DNA of 63,831 bases, filler included, from Octopus bimaculoides (GCF_001194135.2; 7 parts of 7 records of this genome joined end to end with filler, not necessarily neighbours in it); one strand, 5' to 3'. Positions 13,636 through 24,987 are shown, counted from the first letter of the whole stretch. Notes: generated by a model from the sequence alone, not told the origin. Program-made: numbers and translations.

Positions 13636-13735
13636 NNNNNNNNNNNNNNNNNNNNNNNNNNNNNNNNNNNNNNNNNNNNTTAATTAATTAANNNNNNNNN
13701 NNNNNNNNNNNNNNNNNNNNNNNNNNNNNNNNNNN
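13636..13735. other. Assembly gap marker: 44 N + TTAATTAATTAA + 44 N (100 bp)
   Basis: The same 12-mer sits inside N runs at 13680, 23183, 34325, 36678, 59165 and 62529. It encodes stops in all six frames. Confidence 0.95.
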
Positions 13736-13844
13736 GCCGTCACGATGGTGTTATCGGCAAAATCAACAAGATCTTCAACCATTCTTAAACAAAATTTTCG
13801 ACGTCAACAATTAGAACAACAACAACAACAACAGCAACAACAAC

Positions 13845-13878
<34 letters not shown>

Positions 13879-13952
13879 GGTATGCTGTGCTTCGTATGTT
13901 TTACCCCAGTATCACTTTGATGGCATGCACTGTTCTCTCACTCAGTAATACA

Positions 13953-14285
13953 AAGAAGAAGAAGAAGAAGAAGAAGCCTTTCTTTATTGGCCAGAAGGGC
14001 CGAACACAAAAACATATAAGGACATTACAAGACAAAAGACAAGCGGGGTTTAAAAGCAGAAAGCGGCTAAACAAAAAAACAAAGAAAAACAGTTAACAAA
14101 AAATTAAACAATAAAATTCTCCAATAGTGGGGACTTCCACCCACGGCCAACCAGAACACCCCACACACCCTAGTCACCCCGACTGCCAAGGGCATGCCAA
14201 GTAGGTGCCCCCTCTTGCCCTCAACTGCTCCGGCTTACAGACGAATATTCACACGGGCCATGTTCGTCTTAAATTGAGCTCACAT
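13953..14285 (-). mobile_element. LINE (L1/Tx1-like) 3' UTR with AATAAA and (CTT)n tail
   Basis: Minus strand ends GGCCCTTCTGGCCAATAAAGAAAGG(CTT)n after a GC-rich then U-rich segment. Clade assigned from architecture only. Confidence 0.45.
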
Positions 14286-14999
14286 TCGTATCAACCGAAT
14301 ATTTAGTTCTATTCATGTCATATTCATGGCTCAAAGGAATACAAAAAAAAACAAAAAAACACCGAGTGATTAATGTTTTTGCTATAAGCAACCATCGTTA
14401 TTGCGTTCGTATTTATTATTATTTTATTTTTTATTTTAAAATATATATTTTTAATTAAACATTAAAACACATGTTTCCATCATCGATGATCTTTCGTTGG
14501 AGTACAGATTTGTGTGGGATTCCAAATGAAAAGAAACCAAGCCAGGAAAATACAAAAATAGACTTGGCCCTTCTGTATCAGTGAAAAAGATGCAATTGTG
14601 AACCTGCAGTTGTAAATATGTGAGAGACGAAATAGGAATTTTGAAAGAAATGTCTATAAAATTAATTTTTAATCATCGAATGGCTACGGAGGTCCACCAG
14701 AATAAAATAGTAATCAAAGGAGACCATAGATTAAAAAAACGGTTGAGAACCCCTGATTTTCATTAACCTTGAAATTTCAAAGGAAACCAATGTGTTTGCT
14801 GGACAGCAATAACTTTGGTTACTATTCTCGTTCACTTGGTGTGCCATGCGTGGCAGATAAATTCATATTGCTTGTTAAGATTATCTCCACAGATATCCTA
14901 CAGACATTAGGGCCGCCAGCACTGATTTTTGTTTCGATGTCTTGTATTCGAGAAGACGCTGCACAATAAAATACCGCATCCGTCTCTTCAAGACAATAA

Positions 15000-15277
15000 C
15001 CCATTACCTCCCATAATTCTATTAACTGGAATTTTTTTTATGAAACTTTGATTTCTAGCATAAAACAGCCTTAGAAACACGCTGGAATAATCAAAATAAC
15101 ATTTTAAATAGAAATAAGCGAGATATTGGGTGAAAAATTAGCAAACCTCATTTGAATATCAGAGAAATATACCTAGTAGATATAGCAAAAAGGTTAGATA
15201 TGTGTAAATATTGACAGATAATTACGAAATTTGTAATTTTTAAGTGATCTCATATGAGAACACTGGTAGGTAATGGG
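15000..15277 (-). mobile_element. piggyBac-type MITE, copy 2 (inverted relative to copy 1)
   Basis: Near-identical reverse complement of 8897-9189, 15 bp shorter. Flanked by ATAA and TTAA. Confidence 0.9.
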
Positions 15278-16624
15278 TTAAGATTCTTACCAAAGACAAC
15301 ACCTTGTGGATGTGAACGAAATTGTCCCAGTATCGATATCCAGTCGAAAATGAACCATATCAACGTAACTTTACAGGTTTGGAGTGATTTTTTGAACACT
15401 TAAAAGCCTTTTTTGTTTGTTTTTTGATAACGTTTCGGTTTAATTCTCACGAGAGTGGCCCTACTTCAAATATGCTAGCTCTCAATTTGCTATTAGTTTT
15501 CCATGCAGAGGATGTGACTGAGTAGTACATCTGTTTCTCCATTGATTAAGATGAATCATCCAACACTTTTGTTTCAATGTAACAGTTCGTTTGTGTCCAC
15601 ATCTAAATACAATCAGAGGTGATCGATCTGTTTCCAGATGTATCGGTAGGATGAAGGGAAGTGAAATAGGGAGAGAGAAAAAGAAGCTGGTAAGAGGAAG
15701 AGAAGGATGATGGAGAGAGGAAGGGAAAAAGGCAAGAAAGAATGAAATAGAGAAACGGGGGAAAGAGGCAACGGAGTGGGGGAAGTGAGGACGATATCGG
15801 TAAGAGAATGAGAGCGAAATAGAGAAGGAATGAATATAGGTAGGAAAGAAAATGTGAAGGAAAGATGAAAAGGGAGAACAAAAGTTTTTAAAAAAAGGGG
15901 GTTGAAGGAAAGAATGAAAGAAACAAACTAAGAAGAATTTAGAGATCAAAGGAGAGAAAGCGGATGAATGAGTGAGGGAAGAAGTGAACGAATGAAGGAA
16001 CGAACGAGCGCGCGAACGAACGAGAAAAGTAGATGCTTAGAGAAGGAAAACAGAAAGCGAACGAAAAGCGAAGATCTTTTCGTCTTTTCAGCCTTTATTT
16101 CTTTCAGTCATTGGACTACGGCCATGCTGGAGCACTGCCTTGAAGGATTTCCTCGAATACATCGACCCCTATTACTTATTTGCAGACCTGGTACTTGTTC
16201 TGTACTTTGCTTTTTGCTCCACCCCTATGTTTCGGGGACGTAAACAAACCAAGCGGCGGTAGGGGACAAACACAATCATAGACATGCAAACATCCNNNNN
16301 NNNNNNNNNNNNNNNNNNNNNNNNNNNNNNNNNNNNNNNNNNNNNNNNNNNNNNNNNNNNNNNNNNNNNNNNNNNNNNNNNNNNNNNNNNNNNNNNNNNN
16401 NNNNNNNNNNNNNNNNNNNNNNNNNNNNNNNNNNNNNNNNNNNNNNNNNNNNNNNNNNNNNNNNNNNNNNNNNNNNNNNNNNNNNNNNNNNNNNNNNNNN
16501 NNNNNNNNNNNNNNNNNNNNNNNNNNNNNNNNNNNNNNNNNNNNNNNNNNNNNNNNNNNNNNNNNNNNNNNNNNNNNNNNNNNNNNNNNNNNNNNNNNNN
16601 NNNNNNNNNNNNNNNNNNNNNNNN

Positions 16625-16671
<47 letters not shown>

Positions 16672-16924
16672 CTGTCTGTGTTTTTCCTTCCACCATGGCG
16701 TCACAGCCGATGTTGATATGTTTACATCTCCGTAACTTAGCAGTTCGATAAAAGAAATAGATCGAATAAGTACCAGGATTACAAAAAATAAAAGAATACG
16801 AAGGAGAGACGGAGAATGTGAGTGAGGGGTGTGGGAGAGAGAAAGACACAGAGAGAGAGAAGGAAAGAGATAGCGAGAGACTGGTTGAACAGAAAGAGAT
16901 GGAGAGAGAGGGAGAACGGTGTGT

Positions 16925-17190
16925 GTGTGTGTGCGCGTGTGAGTGGGCGGTGGGAGGAAAGGCGGACGGGAGCTCGCAGATAAGGTCGAAGTGATTAGTG
17001 AATGGTTATCGATCTGTGCCGAGGTTATAATGAGAGATTCATTACAAATATAACAAGCGTGTCAAAAGTATAACGAACAGAAACGACAGCTGAGCAGCCG
17101 ATCACCGTGTGTGTGTGGGGTGGGGGCGGGGGCGGAGCGTGACACAGAGCTGGAGCGAGAATATGTAAATACACACATACGGCTTACTCA
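16925..17190. promoter_or_regulatory. CpG-rich unique block with GC boxes and a GATA site
   Basis: GGGCGG at 16945-16950, 17124-17129 and 17130-17135; AGATAAG at 16978-16984. Many CpGs in an otherwise AT-rich window. Adjacent to the putative signal-peptide exon. Confidence 0.4.
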
Positions 17191-17191
17191 C

Positions 17192-17290
17192 AGCTGAGGC
17201 GATGCTCCAGCTTGGTTGCACTCCCAGGACTGAAACCATTAAAAGCATAAAATACAAAGAATAAAAACAATATAAAATATCCAAAGACAT
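17192..17290 (-). CDS. Putative first coding exon of an unidentified secreted or membrane protein (signal peptide MSLDILYCFYSLYFMLLMVSVLGVQPSWSIASA)
   Basis: ATG at 17290, a ~19-residue hydrophobic core, small residues at plausible cleavage sites, then a consensus donor GCT|GTGAGTAAG, all in unique sequence. No homologue recognised. Confidence 0.5.
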
Positions 17291-17690
17291 ATGTGTGTGT
17301 GTCTTCGTGTATGTGTGTGTATGTTCGTGTGTGTGTGTGTGTGTATGTGTGTGTGTGTCAAAGAGACAGACATGGAGAGGTAGACAGACAGACAGACAAA
17401 CAGACAGCAAGAGTTTATAAGAACAAAATATATGATATGTGTGTGTGTGTGTATCCGTGTTTGACAAACGGTGCTGGTTTGTTTACGTCTCCGTAAATTA
17501 GCTGTTCGGTAAAAGGAGTAGTATAGCTACGTACCAGGCTTAAAAATTGTACAAGGGGTCGATTCATTCCAATAAACATCCTTCATGGTGGTGCCCCAGC
17601 ACGGCCGCAGTTTAATGACAGAAACAAGTAAAAGATAAAGATATGCATGTGTGTATGTGTGTGTGTGTATTACTCTTTTACTTGTTTCAT

Positions 17691-17722
<32 letters not shown>

Positions 17723-18095
17723 CACAATGGGCTTCTTTCAGTTTCCTTCTACCAAGCCCAATCACAAGGCTTTAATCGGCTAGTGACTATAGTAGAATGC
17801 ACTTTCAAAAGTGCCACGCAGTGGGATTGAACCCGGAACCATGTGGTTGGTTGGTAAGCAAGCTTTTCACCACATAGCTATGCCTGCTGTATGATTATAT
17901 ATATAGTTGAAAATTACAGAAAAACGAAGACGAAGTCAGGTGTAGGAACAACAAGCTAGTGTATTAGTTTGACGCTCGGGGAAAATGGAAAAGTCTTTTA
18001 CGTTTCGAGCCTACACTCTTCAACAGAAAGGAATATGAGAAAATAAACAGAGAGAATAGAAGACATTTTGGATTTAACGGTCTATTATACACAAA

Positions 18096-18133
<38 letters not shown>

Positions 18134-18145
18134 AATACACACTCA

Positions 18146-18512
18146 AAGGCACTACGTCGGTTACGACGATGAGGATTCCAGTTGATCCAATATACGGAAC
18201 AGCCTGCTCGTGAGATTAACGGGTAAGTGGCTGAGCATTCCACAGACACGTGTACCTTTAACGTAGTTCTCGGGAAGATTTCGCATGACACAGAGTGTAA
18301 CAAGGCTGGCCCTTTGAAATATAGGTAAAACAGAAACAGGAAGAAAGAGGGAGAGAAAGAGTACAGCAGGGTTCACTACCACCCCCTGCTGGAGCCTCGT
18401 GGAGCTTTAAGTGTTTTCACTCCATAAACACTCACAACACCCGGTCTGGCAATCGAAACCGCGATCCTATGACCGCGAGTCCGCTGCCCTAACCACTGGG
18501 CCATTGCGCCTC
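18146..18512 (-). mobile_element. SINE family B copy
   Basis: Reverse complement of 8320-8702. Confidence 0.88.
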
Positions 18513-18602
18513 TAGGCATATACACATATATACATATATGGATGCATCTATATGTATGTAAACACACAAATGCACAGAAAACACATTCATACAAATACAC
18601 AT

Positions 18603-18634
<32 letters not shown>

Positions 18635-19797
18635 NNNNNNNNNNNNNNNNNNNNNNNNNNNNNNNNNNNNNNNNNNNNNNNNNNNNNNNNNNNNNNNNNN
18701 NNNNNNNNNNNNNNNNNNNNNNNNNNNNNNNNNNNNNNNNNNNNNNNNNNNNNNNNNNNNNNNNNNNNNNNNNNNNNNNNNNNNNNNNNNNNNNNNNNNN
18801 NNNNNNNNNNNNNNNNNNNNNNNNNNNNNNNNNNNNNNNNNNNNNNNNNNNNNNNNNNNNNNNNNNNNNNNNNNNNNNNNNNNNNNNNNNNNNNNNNNNN
18901 NNNNNNNNNNNNNNNNNNNNNNNNNNNNNNNNNNNNNNNNNNNNNNNNNNNNNNNNNNNNNNNNNNNNNNNNNNNNNNNNNNNNNNNNNNNNNNNNNNNN
19001 NNNNNNNNNNNNNNNNNNNNNNNNNNNNNNNNNNNNNNNNNNNNNNNNNNNNNNNNNNNNNNNNNNNNNNNNNNNNNNNNNNNNNNNNNNNNNNNNNNNN
19101 NNNNNNNNNNNNNNNNNNNNNNNNNNNNNNNNNNNNNNNNNNNNNNNNNNNNNNNNNNNNNNNNNNNNNNNNNNNNNNNNNNNNNNNNNNNNNNNNNNNN
19201 NNNNNNNNNNNNNNNNNNNNNNNNNNNNNNNNNNNNNNNNNNNNNNNNNNNNNNNNNNNNNNNNNNNNNNNNNNNNNNNNNNNNNNNNNNNNNNNNNNNN
19301 NNNNNNNNNNNNNNNNNNNNNNNNNNNNNNNNNNNNNNNNNNNNNNNNNNNNNNNNNNNNNNNNNNNNNNNNNNNNNNNNNNNNNNNNNNNNNNNNNNNN
19401 NNNNNNNNNNNNNNNNNNNNNNNNNNNNNNNNNNNNNNNNNNNNNNNNNNNNNNNNNNNNNNNNNNNNNNNNNNNNNNNNNNNNNNNNNNNNNNNNNNNN
19501 NNNNNNNNNNNNNNNNNNNNNNNNNNNNNNNNNNNNNNNNNNNNNNNNNNCGCACTTATTACTCTTTTACTCTTTTACTCTTTTGCTCGTTTCAGTCATT
19601 TGACTGCGGCCATGCTGGAGCACCGCCTTTAGTCGAGCAAATCGACCCCAGGACTTATTTTTTGGAAGCCTAGTACTTATTCTATCTGTCTCTTTTGCCG
19701 AACCACTAAGTTACGGGGACGTAAACACACAACCATCAGTTGTCAAGCGATGTTGGGGGGACAAACACAGACACACAAACATATACACACACATACA

Positions 19798-20190
19798 TAT
19801 TTATTTATTTATTTATGGGTTTCAGCCAAGTGGCTGTGGTCATGCTGGAGCACCACGTGACTTTTCGTCTTTATGCTGTGCTCTCTTCACGTTCCTTGCA
19901 TGGCTCTTCGCCTCCACCTGATATAATCCAATCAAGTGTTTTGATGGCACATCTGGTGTATAAGAGAATTTGACATCGCTGCCCTAAACTGTGCCTCATT
20001 TCGAACCATTGGTTCGTCTGGTATCGTGGAGAGGAAAGCGTCGAGTTTTGTCTTGAAGACCTCTATATCCATGTCTTGCATGTCTCTCAAATGTTTTGGC
20101 AGGGCATTAAAGAGCTGGGGTCCTCTGAAACCGAGGCTGTTGCAGTACCTCGTTCTTATGTGAGATGCAGTGGACGGCACCTTTGGTACC
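19798..20190 (-). mobile_element. Second CR1-type LINE 3' end, inserted into the internal microsatellite of a SINE
   Basis: RYCNSLGFRGPQLFNALPKHLR...FKTKLDAFLSTIPDEP...SNSLIHQM, stop at 19934-19932, ~115-nt 3' UTR and a (TAAA)n tail. The host SINE halves lie at ~19555-19797 and ~20191-20330. Confidence 0.85.
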
Positions 20191-20629
20191 ATGCATATAT
20201 ATACATATATACGACGGGCTTCTTTCAGTTTCCGTCTACCAAATCCACTCACAAGGTGCCACGCAGTGGGAATGAACCTGGAACCCTGTGATTTGTAAGC
20301 AAGCTACTTACCACAAACCACCCCTACGCCTATTCGTTAATGTTTTTTTTTCTGTTTTTACTTTTAGAGACAGTGCGTCTTCTTAGAAATAAATAGAATG
20401 ATTCTGGCTTTGAAATTGAGAAGGACAAAGTGATGGTCCCGGGCATTTCCTCGACAGGAACAACATGTTGCATTCTTCTGCAAGACATTTCATTTCCTAT
20501 AACATCAGTCTAAATAGGTGCCCGTCAGATTGCTATTTTTGTGTCTTTCTTTCTCTCTGTCTGTCTGTCTGCTTGTCTGTCTGTCTGTCTGTCTGTCTGC
20601 TTGTCTGTCTGCTTGTATGTCTGTCTGCG

Positions 20630-20674
<45 letters not shown>

Positions 20675-20675
20675 G

Positions 20676-20720
<45 letters not shown>

Positions 20721-20804
20721 TTCTATCTATATCTCTCTCTCTATCCATCTATATATCTTTCTCTCTTTCTTTCTCTTCTCCCTTTTCCTTTCTTTCTCTC
20801 TATC

Positions 20805-21246
20805 TCTGTTTCCGCCTACCAAATCCACTCACAAGGCTTTGGTCGACCCGAGGCTATAGTAGAAGACACTTGCCCAAGGTGCCACGCATTGGAACTGAAC
20901 CCGGAACCATATGGTTGGGAAGCAAGCTTCTTACCACAAAGCCACGCATGCGCTTATATATGAAACGTCGTAACTTTCAGTCCTACCTTGAGTTCATTCA
21001 TTTATTTGTTTCAGTCATTTGACTGCGGCCATGCTGGAGCACCACCTCTAGTCGAACATATCGACCTCAGGACTTATTCCTTGTAAACCTAGTACTTATT
21101 CTATCGGCTTCCTTGGCCGAACGGCTAAGTTACGAGGGACGTCGGTTGTCAAGTGACCGTGGGGGGGGGGGGNNNNNNNNNNNNNNNNNNNNNNNNNNNN
21201 NNNNNNNNNNNGGGGGGGGGGGACAAACTCAGGCACACAAACATAT

Positions 21247-21289
<43 letters not shown>

Positions 21290-21420
21290 CGACGGCTTCT
21301 TTCAGTTTCCGTTTACCAAATCCACTCACGAGGCTCTGGTCGGCCCCGGCTATTGTGGGACTGAACCCGGACCCATGTGGTTGATAAGCAAGCTACTTAC
21401 CACACAGTCGCTCCTGTGCC
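20805..21420 (-). mobile_element. Two adjacent SINE family A copies (a 5' half, then a near-complete copy with an internal deletion)
   Basis: Consensus motifs at 20805-20952 and 21005-21420. Confidence 0.8.
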
Positions 21421-21639
21421 TTCAGCCACTCCTGTATAAAATCTGCAGAAATAACTTTGAAAAACTTCTAATTTGCATTTCCAATGGATTGTTTTCTAAT
21501 TTTGATTTGGCCGGTATTTGTTAATCGTATAAAGATTGCATATGTCAGCACATGGATATATTTCGTGCACTAACGCTGGTGCAGATACTCATTATCGTGT
21601 ATGGTTACGTTACTAAGCTGTGATATTCCTTTTCATATC

Positions 21640-22360
21640 AACCCCTTGAGACCGCTCTTGCTTCTGTGATATAAACTTCCTGCTTATAAAGTGATTTAAA
21701 TTTAAACCATACATCAAAATTTCATGTTAATTTTTGTTAACACCTACTTGATATTGACAAAGATATTTTACTAAATCCTTCGTTTTTTTTCACTTTTCAA
21801 ATTGAAAATATGCAGTGAATTTGACAGAAATAAGGTAACAAAAGTGTGAAAGTGATCTAAATTAAAACCAGCCATCCATCAATAGACGGCTCTTGGTTTT
21901 ATGATACAATCTGCCTGTTTTATAAAGTGATTTTCCTATTAAAACCATCGATCAAGATTTCGTGTTAACTTTTGTTCTAAACAGCAACTTGACAAAAATA
22001 TTTTACTTAATTCGTTATTTACAAAATTATTTGAAACAAAGGAAGAGCATTTCACTTCGTGTTTTCAAACTTGAATTCAATTAAAATCATCCGTCAAAAT
22101 TTTATATTAATTTTTGTTCTCAACACCAGATTGGTATTCACAAAGGTATTTCACTAAATTCGTTATTTTCAAAATCATTTAGAAGAAACGTAATGTATTT
22201 GGCAGAAATACGGTGACAAAGGGGTTAAAGTGATCCACCAATATTCCAAGTTTTGTTCAAAACACCAACGTCATAACGAAAAATGTTATTTTATCAAAAA
22301 TAACTAGAAGGAAAGCAGTGTATTTCGACAGAAATATTGTAACAAAAGGGTAAAACAACG
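21640..22360. mobile_element. Stack of degenerate fragments of another AT-rich (piggyBac-like) MITE family
   Basis: Recurrent AAAGTGATCTAAATTAAAACC...AAAATTTCATGTTAATTT...TTTTACTAAAT...CAGAAATA.GGT.ACAAAAGGG motifs. The same family appears at ~7500-7990 and ~8770-8890. Confidence 0.6.
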
Positions 22361-22847
22361 ATGTTTAAATGTTATTCTTGTGAAGCAAAGAAAAATATAA
22401 TTTAACACGTATTTTACGAATTTAATCTGCAAGCGATACACCGAAAATATGTAAAATATTTCAAAGTTTAAGAATGTAACTCACTCTGTTACATGTTGAT
22501 GTCTAAATTCTAAACATAGGACTTCGTCCATAGAACAAGTAAATAGCAAAAGTTTCCCAGCAATAAGATTAATCTTTCTCTATACATTCCAATTATAAAT
22601 GCACTTTAATGATTTCAACACTAACTGTATTAATTGAATGAGTCATTAATGACGAAACTTGAAATTCCAGTCACTCCAATATTAATAAACTTTATTCTAC
22701 TAAATCTGAAGATTCTTCCACATTAAATGTTTTGTGGTTTTATAATAAGGACATCAACAATATCTTATAATACACTTAATCATTTAGACACATAAATACA
22801 TATTTGTGGGTGTGTATGTGTGTGTTGATGCATATACATACGCGAGC

Positions 22848-23138
22848 GGTACATCATTTGCACGATGTGGAAAATATACCGCCAGCATTGCCCAAACGAC
22901 CTGAACATTAGTTTCAAGGTTCATCCAAGGCTGGGACCACGGGCCATACGTCCCCTGCTTAATTCAGGATCACAACATATAGGTAGACTGCGGCATAATT
23001 TATTTTCCTCAACAGGCCCTGCCCTGTTTAACATTGTCCCGAAACTGATAAAAGAGGAAACAGATCCTATCAGCTTTAAACAGAGTCTAGACAGCTTTCT
23101 TCAAGGAATACCAGACAAGCCACCCATACCTGGATACA
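22848..23138 (+). mobile_element. CR1-type LINE 3' fragment (same family as 52921-53890)
   Basis: PNDLNISFKVHPRLGP...STGPALFNIVP...FKQSLDSFLQGIPDKPP; homologous DNA is inverted at ~53050-53340. Confidence 0.85.
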
Positions 23139-23689
23139 NNNNNNNNNNNNNNNNNNNNNNNNNNNNNNNNNNNNNNNNNNNNTTAATTAATTAANNNNNN
23201 NNNNNNNNNNNNNNNNNNNNNNNNNNNNNNNNNNNNNNTGTATAATTACTATTTTCGTTAGCAGTTTATGATATGGTATTAAGCAATTTAGATAATGAAT
23301 AAATTGTTTTGAACTCAAACTTGGCAGTTAGTAATAAATGAAAATCCAGGGAATGAGATTGCAATTTCAGTAGGCATTAGGGGTACTATATCTTACTTGA
23401 AGCAGTTTGTATCATGTGCTTATTTTTCTCGTAATGCCTGACACAACCGCATTGAAGCTTTTTTTCAATGAAAGTCATGTATGATAAAGAAAAGCAAACA
23501 TTTACAGCAAACACACAAATAGAATAATGGTGTGTACAAAAATAAATGTCAGAGAATGCTTATGAGCGAACAGCGTGCGTGAAGTAAGAAGGGCCATTGA
23601 AGGTAATGTACTATTAACAGGAATCAGGGAAATGAAGCAAAATATCAATGAAATGCTTGCAAGAAGTCTGGTTGCTAACGGCTACAGTT

Positions 23690-24987
23690 TGCTGGAGATA
23701 TGAAGAATGCAGTAGAGGAATAACTACTGTAGGGCTGCTTTGTAGACGACATTTTTTGTCTTTCCTTCAGGAGCATAGATGAATATGTTTTGTCTGGATG
23801 GTCAACTCTGGAACAACTGACATGGAATTGTCCATGTGAAAAACACGATGTTCGAAGGTCCACTCAGATAACTTTGAACGACTGACCTTGTGCTTTGTTA
23901 ATTGTCATGGTGAAGCTGAGTTTGAGAGGGAACTGAAATCTCTGCATAGGTTAGGGGCTGTCTTTTGGGGTTAGCGGAATTTTCGGAATGAAAACAATAT
24001 CGTTTTTGCCATGTCCCGTGATAATTTGGGCTTCAATGACGTGGTCCATCATTTATTTGACCACAAGCCGAGTTCCTTTGCGCTGTGTGGGTGCGTTTAG
24101 ATTGCGTAGGAAGATGATAGGGCAACAGACTTTTAAGTGAATTTCATGGGGATGGAGTCCTGTAGGATCTTGGGAGTTGAAAAATTCTGTTGGAAAGTGT
24201 GTAAGCTGACCGAGGTCGGTAACGGTGTCAACTGATCTGTAACAATGTTCTTGAGAAGGTAGCTGACTAAGTCATAGTTAAGAATGTTGACAGCTGCACT
24301 TGTAGGTGCAAGAACAGCCCTGTCACAAAGCCAATCTGGTTTTATTTATTCCATTGTAAGATTTGGGTAAACGGCAGAATATGTCATCAGGGCTGGAGAC
24401 AGTAGCGTCAATGTATACATTGTTGTTGGATGTAATTTTTCCATTGCCGATTTTAAGGAGCATTTCCGAAAACTGGATTGTAGGCTGACCAGTCTGTAGG
24501 AGTGATCTCATGTTGATGGTGAGTTGTTTCGATTGGATATGCGACCAAAGGAGGGATATTTTTAAGGCAGGCATTAAGTTCACCAGCGGGTGTTCCTTTG
24601 TGTATAATAGGCAGAGTTTGTCAAAAATCTCCTGCAAGAAGTAGAGTCGCAACTCCAAGGATGTTTGCTCTACGGTCTCTCATTGTAGGAAACATTTGTG
24701 GGACATAGTTGCTTCATCCCAAACAATGAGTTTGCGCTTTTTCAAAATTGTCATTTCGTCCGAAGAATGCCTTATGTGGCTCGTTGAGTTTTCTTGATGT
24801 GCTACATTGAAAGGCAATTTGAAGGTAGAGTGTGCTGTTCGTCCGCCGTCGAGAAGAGTCGAGGCTATTCCTGAGGGGGCAACAGCAATAGCAAGGTCGC
24901 CATTATGCCGAAACTTAGCAAGAAGAAGATTTAAGAGGAATGTTTTCCCAGTTCCAACAGGTGCTTCTAAGAAGCTAATTCTGCCAN
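23690..24987 (-). mobile_element. Helitron Rep/Hel remnant (PIF1-family helicase domain), frameshifted
   Basis: Walker A region FLEAPVGTGKTFLLN, then AVAPSGIASTLLDGGRTAHSTFKLP, LIVWDEATM, LLKIGNG, TINKAQGQS and CFSHGQFHVSCSRV across several frames with stops. The 5' part runs into an N gap. Confidence 0.92.

Noticed and set aside
13680-13691. TTAATTAATTAA islands (six in the window) as homeodomain or PacI site clusters
   Set aside because: They are always centred in N runs, 44 N on each side where counted. This is a scaffolding linker, not genomic sequence.
13736-13848. Plus-strand poly-Q stretch (RRQQLEQQQQ...)
   Set aside because: It is a (CAA)n microsatellite running into (TAA)n beside a gap, with no supporting exon structure.
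14822-15004. ORF containing EETDAVFYCAAS, resembling an Ig V-domain D-x-A-x-Y-Y-C motif
   Set aside because: Its ATG lies in a MITE terminal repeat, and there is no upstream Ig Cys or Trp.
18542-19673. Long ORFs of 200-380 aa in the ORF track (also near 24.7-25.9, 31.8-32.8, 35-36 and 43-44 kb)
   Set aside because: They are composed of X from N gaps plus microsatellite or SINE translations.
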